64,000 nucleotides of DNA from Lama glama (lineage: Eukaryota): positions 105,216,001-105,280,000 of the forward strand of contig CM052817.1 in the NCBI GenBank assembly GCA_028534125.1, written 5' to 3'. Shown piece after piece: positions 1 through 10,671 of the stretch. The first letter of the stretch is position 1. Every line of letters starts with the position of its first letter. The notes beneath the pieces are model-generated. The model saw nothing but the letters and a program-made list of their open reading frames with translations. It searched no databases and was not told the DNA's origin. A program made the position numbers and the translations under genes.

Positions 1-1680
1 TACAGTAAATGTTTATATTTTATTCAAATTTTTCTTCCTTTATTATTGTATTAGGTGTTTCATTTGTTATAAATTTTAGAGTCATCTTGTTAAGTTTTAT
101 TGGGAAGAAAGAAAGAAAGAGAAATAGAAAGAAAGAAATAAGCTATTGGGATATGATTGGGATTGGGTTGAATATATAGACCAGCATGGGAGGCCTAACA
201 TCTATACTTGATTTCAGAGTCCTATTCATATACGTTATGTACCTCTCTTTTTTTAGGTCTTCTTTCATTTTTAACATTAATGTTCATGATCCTTAGTTTT
301 TGATATAGAGGTCCCTAACATTTGATACAATTATTCATAATTATGTTTTTGAATGCTGTAGTAAATATAATTATTTTAAACTGAATTTTAATAGTTGTTT
401 GTTTATAAATATACAATTATTATTACAATTATTATCATTATTATTGTTGATTTCGGATATGTGTATATTGATATTATATGCTGGGACCTAGATAAGTTAG
501 CATTCTATTTGTGGTAAATTAAAATTTTTTTGGGGAATTTTGTATATAATCTTATTAATTGTGAACACGGGCAGTTAAAACCTTCCCTTCTGTGCATTTT
601 AAATATGTTTATTTTTGCCATCTTGTGTTGATTGGATTCCAGTACATTGTGAAATAGAAATTGTGGTAACAAATTTATTTGCTTTTCTCCCCTGATAAAA
701 GATAAAGCATTCTATATTTCACCATTAACTAAAATGTTGGTCTTAGTTTAGTTTAGCTTTTTTATTTGTTTTAATAGATGTTCTTTATCAGATCGAAGAT
801 ACACATTTTGATGTTTTCTCACAGAAATTGCCTATTTCATCTAAGTTGTTAAATATACTGGCATAAAATTGTCCTTAAGGTTTTCTTTTTATCCTTGTAT
901 TGCGTATATTTTTTCTCTTAAGACTTCTTAAATCCCTCATATTTAAGAATGGTTTTCCTTTATTTCTTGATTAGTCTTTTAGGAGCTTAAGAGTTTTATT
1001 AATCTTTTTAAAGAATCATCTTTTTGCTTTATTAATTTTTCCATTATTGTTCCCTTTTATTTTTTTTTTCAGTCCTTAATATTTATTTTCTTCCTTCTAA
1101 CTTCTCAGGGTTTAATTTGCTTTTTTTTTCTAGTTTCTTAAGGCGCAGAATTTATATAATTAATTCTTTTCTAATATAAAACTTACAGTTACAACTAAAG
1201 TTTATTTTTAAACACTGGTTTACTGCACTCTATAATTTTGATTTGTTGTGTTCAGTTTGAAATAATTTCTATTTTTCCTTGGGATTTCCTTTTTCAAAAT
1301 TTGATTTATATTAAAAGTATGTGGTTAATTTCCAAATATTTGTGGATTTTCCATATATGTACTGTAATTGACTGCTAATTTAAGTTGTTGTGCTCAGAGA
1401 AATTGCTCTTTAAGATTTCACTCTTGTAAAACTTTTTCAGACTTCTTTAATGGCCTAACATATAGTCTATGAAAAACCTTTAATTCTTTTAGGCTTTACT
1501 CATTTATTTAGATTTTCTATTATCACAGACTTTCACAGTGAGAATTATTTCTTCCTGATGACTTTACATTTTAACATTATCGTAAGTTCCTCTTTTCATC
1601 TGAACACTATTTCTTGCCTTGAAGTCTACTTTGTCTCATATTAATATAATCACACCAGTGTTCTTGCACTTATTGTTAAA
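1..1680 (-). mobile_element. Old, degraded L1 (L1M-type) ORF2 region, antisense
   Basis: T-rich sequence with typical antisense L1 ORF2 phrases (e.g. 'ttccagtacattgtgaaatagaaattgtgg', 'aaagcattctatatttcaccattaactaaaatgttgg', 'ttgccttgaagtctactttgtctcatattaatata'); no open frame. Confidence 0.75.
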
Positions 1681-2057
1681 GAATATATTAATTTACAATT
1701 GGAAAGAGCTTACAAAAACGCTTGGCAAATAGTCAGGGCTACATAAGAGGAAAGTAAATTCACAATTTCCGATGATCGCTTTTACTCCATATAAACCAGT
1801 CTACATATTATCCCCTTCCCACTTTGTTCTCCCTCACAAAAGCCATTCCCCTGGTGTAATTCCCTACTTGGAATTTTTCCTGAGTCTTACTCATTTTTCT
1901 ACAGTATTTCCTCTTTCCATGAAATTGTTCAAAAAGTGGACTTCCCCTTCTCTAAGCCTTATAGCCCCTAGCATCTCTCCCTCACTCACACTTGTCATTT
2001 GCTGCCTTATGATGTAACTTAGGATTTATGTTTCTTTTTGCTCCCCATTAGACTATA

Positions 2058-2414
2058 CAGCCTGGCCCCTTTATCCACAGGTTCTGTATCCTTGAATTCA
2101 ATCAGCCACAGATCAAAAATATTTTTTAAAAATTCGAGGAAGTTCCAAAAAGCAAAACTTGAATGTGCTGCACATCGGCAATTATTTACATAACATTTAC
2201 ACTGTATTTTTTGCTATTTGCATAGTATTTACATTGTATGAGGCATTATAAGTCATACAGAGATGATGTAAGGTATATAGAAAGATGTGAGTAGGTTATA
2301 TGCAAATAGGTTATATGCCATTTTAAACAAGAGACTTGGACATCCATGGATTTTGATGTCTGGGGAAGAATGGGGTCCTGGAACCAATCCCCCATGGAAA
2401 CCAAAGGATGACTG
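2058..2414 (-). mobile_element. MER2/MER2B-like non-autonomous TcMar-Tigger DNA transposon
   Basis: Imperfect terminal inverted repeats CAG...CTG, flanked by TA on both sides (2056-2057, 2415-2416); internal 'gggtcctggaaccaatcccccatgga' and 'gtaggttatatgcaaata' match the reverse complement of the MER2 consensus as recalled. Confidence 0.85.
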
Positions 2415-2789
2415 TATCCAATTCTCATATTAGGATACACTCTTTTGACTTGTATCACTCTTTTCTTATAACAGCTCAGGCAGAACTTGGTTTTGGTGTT
2501 TGGCTCACTTACATTTAGACCATCTTCTAAGAATTGCTTTGGTGTATGAGAGAAGCAACAGAGCAGTGACATGGCAGTGTGTAACTGTGTAACCAGAATC
2601 AAAGAGATGCCATGGAAGAAAATTGCTCTGACAAGGCCAGTTGAGTGGTGCAGAAGTTATTTTAATCTGTTTCATAGTTTTACCAATACATGCAACAATG
2701 TTGATGGAATACAATGTATACAAAATTAGGACAATGAAAACTATGGAGCTTTCTACAACTAGCGTCCCATTATTCATTACTGCAGCCAG

Positions 2790-2832
2790 TGATGGAGATG
2801 ATGATGATAATGATGATGATGATGGTGATAAT
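2790..2832 (+). repeat. Imperfect (GAT)n microsatellite
   Basis: gatggagatgatgatgataatgatgatgatgatggtgataat. Confidence 0.9.
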
Positions 2833-2834
2833 GC

Positions 2835-3680
2835 CCTTTACATCATTTGCCATGTGCCAAGCACTTTCTAAATGCTTTATGTACGTACTAATGTTTGGCA
2901 GTTACATAGAAATAAGCACCAGACAAGGGGAGAGGAAGGGGGAGGGAGCAACCCAGAAAATAACAGTACGCATGCACTCAGGACAAGGGACTCCAAAAGT
3001 CTTCTATTTTCTCTAAATGAGGGGCCAGCAAAAAAGCTGGGCAGAATCAAATGCTGCGACTGCACAGCAGAGAGAAGGACCCAGCTTAACTTGACCCAGT
3101 GCTCATTATAATATGATTAACATTGTAGTTTGAGCTCCTCCTGTAGGTTTCTCTGTGTGCATCATGGGTAAAAATATGTGCAAAGGAGACAGGTGTACCC
3201 AAGGAATGTGAGCTGTCAATCATCCTGAGCACGAGGAACGGGAGCTGTCAGTCAGCCCGAGCACTCAAAGAACCTGAGCTGTGAATCAATCAATCAATCA
3301 AGAAAACGCCTCTAAACCAGGACATAAAAACAGGGAAAACAAAGGAGAGGCACCAATTTTCCTCTCTTGGATTGGTTCACCCCCAATTCCTGGGGGATGT
3401 ACCATGTGTTACTACATTTTTACTCCACGAATAAAATCTCCTGCTTATATCGTGCTTTCCACCTCCTGTTAGAAACTCTTTTCGGGGGGGGGGGGTGGTT
3501 ACTAAGAACCGAGGTAACTTTTATTCCCCTCCTCCTGCACTAATTCTTTGCTCCTCATAACAATCCTAATATTTAGTCACCATCATCCACAATTTACACA
3601 GGAGGAAACTGACAGTGACACAGGAAATAAGATGCCCAAGAACTCTTCGCTATTGAACATCAGTCAGGTTTTGAACCAGA
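2835..3680 (-). mobile_element. MIR SINE split by the LTR at 2892-3539
   Basis: Left part 'tgtgccaagcactttctaaatgctttatgta' continues after the LTR as 'ctcctcataacaatcct...aatttacacaggaggaaactgac' (MIR core, antisense). Confidence 0.7.
2892..3539 (+). mobile_element. Solo ERV1-type LTR (648 bp)
   Basis: TG...CA ends; 4-bp TSD CTAA (2888-2891 / 3540-3543); AATAAA at 3430; shares central blocks ('ctgtgtgcatcatgggtaa', 'gagctgtcaatca') with the LTRs at 26439 and 63276. Confidence 0.9.
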
Positions 3681-6600
3681 GTGGTTTTTGCTTCCTAGGG
3701 AACACGCATGCGTGGGATCCATCTTTCCTGGATTTGTTACAAGTCCAGCAGCAAGATCTCTAACCTTCCAAATCACCAGAAGTGAGATGGAGAGGCTGGT
3801 GTAAGGGTTCTGATTTGTCCAGTTAACCCACCAATGCCTTCACTATGTCTGTATAAGGTGATAAAGCATCAGCCCTGGGTAACTGCTGCAGGCATACTTT
3901 CCTTAAATAGCAGAGTAGATAAATAACCAATGTAAATGCCACTTATTCATTATAATTCTACACCAGAAAATATCTACTCATTATCTCAATGACTAATATA
4001 CTCTAGTGTCTTCATATATATCATAAAACATAATAAAATGGATAATGGATATATTCCCCTTAATAATATTGCTGCAAATTAGATTCCTATTTAATGACAT
4101 GAATAGGAGCACATTTCTGTGCATAAAATAGTGAAATGTCAGATTATGGCTCAACAAAGAACTGAGTTATTATGTAAAGGAAAATGAATGAATCATCCAA
4201 AATAGCCTGTAATCATTTTTTTTCCACATTTGTTTTCTGTTTGAATTATACCTTCCAATTCCAAGAACAAAACGAGCATAACCTATATCTCTAAGCATCG
4301 CTTTCCACTAGGATGGTTACAAGATATATTTAAACAAATTACTACTTAGAGATTATTTTTCATGATTCTGACATGATGACTCATTACATTTTAAAATGAG
4401 CTCTTAATAGGCTAAAAAATGTAAAATAAAAGCAGACATTTCCTATTCTTCTTAACACAAAGTCTTACAGGTTTATAGTATAAAAATCCCCCACAAAAAC
4501 AACTCCCTTAAAACGACAGCCTACTATAATACAAGTTAGAGTTACTACATTTCAAAAAATAAAAACAAAATGCTCACCCATCCCAAGTACTCTATCCCAG
4601 TGCATACTTCATTCTGTTTATGTCTTAAGTGGCACATTAAATGCATATCTGCAAAAGAACTCCAGAGCGCTCAATCTAAGTAAAGACGTTTTCTGGGAAG
4701 CATTATAAAATCGAGTGAAACATATTGCTGTGAAGTCACCCAGAATGAAATAACAACTTTGAAACGTTTTATGAACTTTTATATTGTGAACCTGATTAAT
4801 GTTATGTGAGAACATTTCCCTAGCAAGCTCCTTTCTTCTCTGTGTTCTTTCATTCTCCAAAAAATGTTCAGAGATCTCAAGAATTCAGGAATAAGATAGT
4901 TCACTAAATCACAGATATATTTCATTTCTAAAGTTTAAGAATAACTCAACATTTGTAAGTGTACTGGTACTCAGGAAAGTATAGGTTGTATTAATATATA
5001 TTTCTGTATTAATTTTAAGTTCTGATCATGAATATTATCTTTCTTAGAAATGTATGTTAAACAAGATATGCGGGTATCAGAAAAAAACATACTTTTAATT
5101 ATGGTTTTGAGCATAATTATTTGTGGTGTGGAAAAAAATCATAAATCCCAAGGTACATTTAAAATCTGATGAATATATGCATATTTAGAGTAATAAAGTA
5201 TTTGTGTTTAATCAAATTAACTGTCAGCTATGTTTTATTTATTTTATATGAATATATATCTGTCAGACATATCTGTCAGGCTTTCAGAAATAATTTTTAA
5301 AGACTTTGGAAAAATAATCTTTAATTTTCATTTTAACAGAGTCATAAAGCATATATTTTAATGAATTTTTCTCTGTGCTCTTTTATTTTATACATCTGGA
5401 TTGCCTTTGTTATGTCAAAGATCAAATGGATAGAGATAAGAATGGAAAGTGTGGTGTTTTCTTCCCCAAACTCAGAAGACTCGAACTGTTAGAAGAATAA
5501 TGAACTTTCCTCAAAATTTAAGCTGAATCAACATGTCTGCACAGCTAAGGAAATGCATTTTATAGTGATCCTGAAAATGTCAATGCTAAGGAAACACAAT
5601 AGTGCACATAAAATATATATATATATATATAACATTTAATTTAATAGATTCTGTTCTTTTCCTTATTTCTCAGTAATATTCTATACAGTTTATTTTACCC
5701 ACTTTACCAACATTGCAAACATATTTTGGAAGCTAGTAGGTAAACAATTTATTCTTTATTCAACTTTATGTATCTTTGTTTTCATTGTTGATCCTGAAAT
5801 AAGAATGGCTTATATTTTCCATCAAAATAATTCACTCAAGTTTTTTTAATTTATTCATTCAAAATGTGTAAACGTTATCACCATACTATTGCAATATTAA
5901 TAAAAATTTTGCACTTTAATTGTATCTCAAAAAATGAGAAAAAAGCATAAACCCCAAAACTTTATGAAAAAAAAATCTCCTTGTCCAATTTTGCCAGGAG
6001 ATCCCTAGAAAAAGTCCTGTTCAAATTATATAGCATTTCTGGTTCTGCTTTAAGATTCTTATCTTTGTTAGCAGACTAGAAGTGTGATGCTTTGTCATTG
6101 TCCATTCTCAACAGAGAATAATACATATCTAGAATGAATATATTTATAATATTTCACAACATTTCTTGTGTGTTTTATCAAGACATGGTTAAACCAATAA
6201 ATTACAATAATAATAGAATTAAAACTGCATATTAATATCATGTAAAACCAGTTATTTTCCTGTTAACAGTACTTCAGTTATTCAGGAGTTCTACCAGCTA
6301 AGAACTAACATTTTCCTAGATGCAAATTCCATTTCCTTTATTCTAAACACTCAGTTATTTCTGTCTTCTGGAGACTAACAGCACATCTTCTCTTCTCCCT
6401 TTCTGTGCTTTTTATTCCTCTTCTTTGTAGCCAATGACCCCACTGTTCTTTGTGTTTGAATTCCTTTTATAGCATGACACCTACCACACCCTTATTCAAT
6501 ATGTCAGGTATGGTTTCCACATTGTTTTCTGGGCCAGGCTCCACCAGGAAAAGTATTAACCAATCAGAACCACTTCAGGTAGAAATACTGGGATCTACTC

Positions 6601-8503
6601 TGGCGTCAGTAAGTCCTTAACAGGAGTGGGAGCTACACTGATTTCCCAAGTGTGGGGAGACCGGGGGGAGGTTCTTTTATTTCAACTGACCTGATTCCTA
6701 AAACACACAGGAGACTTGTAGCCAGATGATTCACTAGAATGAGTTAAATGAAAGGAGAAGTTTAAAAAAAACTAATTCCTGAATCCCAAAAGCTAGAGTG
6801 ATTTCTGTTACATAGGGAAATCTCCATCTTGTTTATTAAAAAATACATTTCATTAACCAAAAAATCTCAAATGAAAAACTAGTAATTGTCAGTGGATCCT
6901 GTATCAGTAAATACATAATATTGTACAAATTTACAGATGTGGTGTTGGTACTGCTAACTAATTATCTGGAAATGTCAAAAAGTTATAAATATTGCTGGTA
7001 TCTGATGATAATACTCTTGAATACATATTTTTGTCTGAGATGAATAACAGAATTTCATGGTTGGATACTATTATACCAATTACCAAAAATACTAGTTTTC
7101 ATCTAGTAATCAACTGTCTATGTATTAAAATATTGGTCTTCAAATATTGTTTCTACCAACACCTTACAATACTTATGCAGAACTCTAAAGCCCCTCATAT
7201 CTTTTTATATATATTTTATTTTTCGGCATAAGTTTAAAAAGTTGCAAAGGATATTTTCTGACCTACTTTGTATTGTATATATGGATTAAATATATTTTCT
7301 TGAAATTTTGAAGCTGCTGATTTATCTTATTGAAATTATGAATAATGTCATGGCGTTACTTAATCGGCAAAAAAACTCTCATTGTCACACAGATCAGCCA
7401 AGTCAGACCAACTTTCTGTCATGAGAAAAATTCTGAATTCATTTTCATTTCTAATAAGCCTGCTAATAGGTCTCCCCTAGAGAACCATCTCACTTTGGGG
7501 TTTTCATTCTAATGCAATCCACGTGAAATAATTCACACCCCAGGCACAAATCCTTTCTTAAAATTCAAATATTCTATCACAGGAGAGAATGATCTTGGTT
7601 TTGTAACCCAAACGTGGAAAATGTATCTCAGCCAGCAAGTTCCTGGATGACAGAGGACACCTTTCTTCTGAAAAGTGGGCGACTGCCTATTGCGTAAGAG
7701 GGGCAGGGCAACAAAGCATTGCTTCTTCTCAGTCCGACCGCTCTTAGGAAGTTGTACATTTGAAAGCTGAGAGTCTGATACAGATTCTCTTAAAATTATT
7801 TGTGGTTGTACCACGTTCATGGGTACCTCCATGCTTTTGTAAAATTAAATTTAAGGACTTAACGTAGAATAACTTAGCCAATATATGCTTTAATTTACAC
7901 TACCAGGAGAAATTTTAATTATGTTTGTTGAACTGCTGTCTTTTAAAACCATTTTTTATTTCCTTATGGACTATAGTTATGCCCCACATTTAGTAAACTA
8001 GAATGACAACTTAACTCTTGCTCATTAGCGAAGATATTTATTTGAATATCTCTTTTCAGTATAGTACCAACTCTAAGATGAATAATATGGTATTTTTTAG
8101 TTAAAGAAATGAAGTTAAAGTTATTTAACTTGTCTAAGTTCACACAAATAACAAGGGTTAAAGCTAGAATTAGAACTCAGATTTTTCTTACCTCAGCAAA
8201 TCTCTACTGTCTATTCTATTTTTGAATTAATTTTGTTTTTTTAAACAAATACAATTAAAGTAAACCAGTATTTTAACTTGAATATAATCTGTGATCTGTG
8301 TCTATATGTTTACACACACTCATTATTTTTCCAACTCAATTTTACTATAAATGTATGTGCTGGCAATTAAATTTTTAAATAAAAAATTTAAGTCTTCAGG
8401 ATTTGTAGATATATTAAAAAAACTAAATTTGAGAATATCAACTAACTAATTTGAGTGACTGGATTAGAAATATTATGTTTCTTATTGAATATTTTGTGAT
8501 TTT

Positions 8504-8731
8504 TTCTTTTCTTAATTTTTAAAATTGAAGCGTAGTTGATTTATAATGTTAGTTTTAGGTGTACAACAAAGCAATTCTGTTATGCATTTACATACATATA
8601 TATTCAGATTCTTTTTCATTATATGTTATTACAAGAAATTGAATATAAGAATTCAAGGAATTACAAGAAATTGAACAACAAGGTTCAATTGTGCTACTGT
8701 ATAGCACAGGAAACTGTATTCAATTTCTTAT
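8504..8731 (-). mobile_element. Young 5'-truncated L1 3' end with 5' inversion
   Basis: 16-bp TSD AATATTTTGTGATTTT (8488-8503 / 8732-8747); antisense L1 3' UTR followed by a sense-orientation piece 'ctactgtatagcacaggaaactgtattcaatttct'. Confidence 0.85.
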
Positions 8732-9257
8732 AATATTTTGTGATTTTAAACACAATTATCCCATATTCTTGTTAAAATTCTGCATTTAAGCCTGACTGCA
8801 TTCAACCACAATACAGTAAAATGCAGGATTATTTAGCTCTCCAGTTGCTGAACAGATATAAAAAGTATGATAATTTTGTAAAATATTTTGGACTCTGATA
8901 GACTAATTAAATTAATTCCTATATATTGAGTGAGAAAAATGTATATTAATGAGAATAAAGTTCAAGTGGTCCTGAAACATCCCTGGCAGAAAACTATGAT
9001 AGTGATTGATAAAGGCGGTGAGTCTGAGTGACTGTTTAGTTCATGTGATCTTGCCTGTGATCCATCAAAGGTATTGCAGAGAAAAGTTTATGAAAGGCTG
9101 CTCTGGGTATGCATCTAGGGTGCAGTTGCTAAGAAACCAGCACAGGGTCAAACACGGCCCCCATGCCAACTGTGATATGCAGACTGTGATATCTGAGTAC
9201 ACCTTAAGATTTGAAAAATATATGTACATAAACAAGATATAGAAGAAAAACACACTA

Positions 9258-9620
9258 GGTAGTGGAGGGCTAGTAAATTAAAAAATACCCCCACCCCAAA
9301 ACAAAAGCCTACCTTTAGTGCTGTCTATGCTGTAAATTCTCTTACCATAACCAATTTCAAGTTACCAAATGAGTTGTCAAGTCATGCAGTTGCACTCCAC
9401 TGCGTAGTACTTTCACATGACTGATAACAATTGACCTGAGTTACGTCAAGCATTTCAGTGAAAGTGAAATGTTATAACGGCAAAAAATAAAGTAATGCAT
9501 ACTGAGTAATTATTTTTGCATTTAACATAATTTAATTATACATTTATAATAGTTAATTTTTAATGATTACTGTGTTTAACAACCAGCTTGCAAAAGTCCT
9601 GAAAATTTGACTGTTAGAGC
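9258..9620 (-). mobile_element. MER63-like hAT-Blackjack DNA transposon
   Basis: Reverse complement reads 'aaattttcaggacttttgcaagctggttgttaaacacagtaatcattaaaaattaa...ggtaacttgaaattggttatggt', matching the MER63 consensus as recalled. Confidence 0.75.
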
Positions 9621-9944
9621 AGTAATAGTCAGTTTAAATCCTTTCATCTGCCTGGCAAACATAAAACTATTTCTCTCTGCCTAAAGTATCTCATGTACTC
9701 CAGGTGGGTAGCCTAAAATATGGGTGGGTGTGGATGACAGATTCAGCTTTATTCCTGAGATGAGGCTGACAAACACTAGATGAAATTGAGCGTCTAAGAT
9801 TGAGGTGGCTACTTCACTGCTAAGTCTCTTTAATCATATTCCCTATAAATAAGTGGTTGTCTATATAAGAATGATTCACTATGATATCTTAATGTGAACC
9901 CAGTCACCTTGAGAGCTGAGATAACAACTAAAATCAAAAACAGT

Positions 9945-10670
9945 GGCAATTCTTGCTAACTCAGTAAGGCAAGAAATCAAAATGAAAGGAAGACGTAACA
10001 TTGATTTTGTTTGCAGATGACAGATCATCTATGTAAAAAGTCTGAAAAAATTGACAACGCTTGGAACTAATAAGTGGTTTCAGCAAGACACAAGGTTAAT
10101 ATACAAAAGTCAAGTGCTTTCCTATGTACTAGTCCTGAATAGGTGGAATTTGAAATTTAAAACACAATAGCACTTACAATTAGCACCTAGAAATTGTTAG
10201 GAATAAACCTAACAATTTATGTACAAGATCTGTATGATGACAACTACAAAACGCTAATGAACAGAATCAAAGGACTAAATAAATGAGGAGAAGTTCCATG
10301 TTCATGGATAGAAAGGCTCAATTCTATCAAGATGTCATCTCCTCTCAGTTTCACCTATAATTCAATGCAATCTCAGTTAAAATCCCAGCAACTTATTTAA
10401 TGGATATTGACAAGTGATTCTAAATTTTGTATTAAGAAGTAAAAGACCCAGAATAGCTGATACAATATTCAAAGAGAAGAACAACTTGGAAGAGTGATGT
10501 CACCTGACTTCAAGATTTACTATAAATTTACAGTAATCAAGCCAGTGTGGTACAGGCAGAAGTGTAGACAAATGGATCTAAGGAGCAGAATAGAGAGCCC
10601 ATAAATAACCCCTTATAACGTAGTCAACTGACCTCTGATGAAGGAGCAAAGGCAACACAACAAAGCAAAG
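9945..10670 (+). mobile_element. Degraded L1 ORF2 fragment (RT region and downstream)
   Basis: 'ttgtttgcagatgac' encodes the L1 RT motif LFADD; followed by 'tgacttcaagatttactataaatttacagtaatcaag' and other ORF2 hallmarks; frame-disrupted. Confidence 0.85.
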
Positions 10671-10671
10671 A

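Noticed and set aside
3210..3300. Short repeats at ~33-bp spacing, superficially CRISPR-like
   Set aside because: Eukaryotic LTR enhancer tandem repeat; three degenerate units and no cas genes
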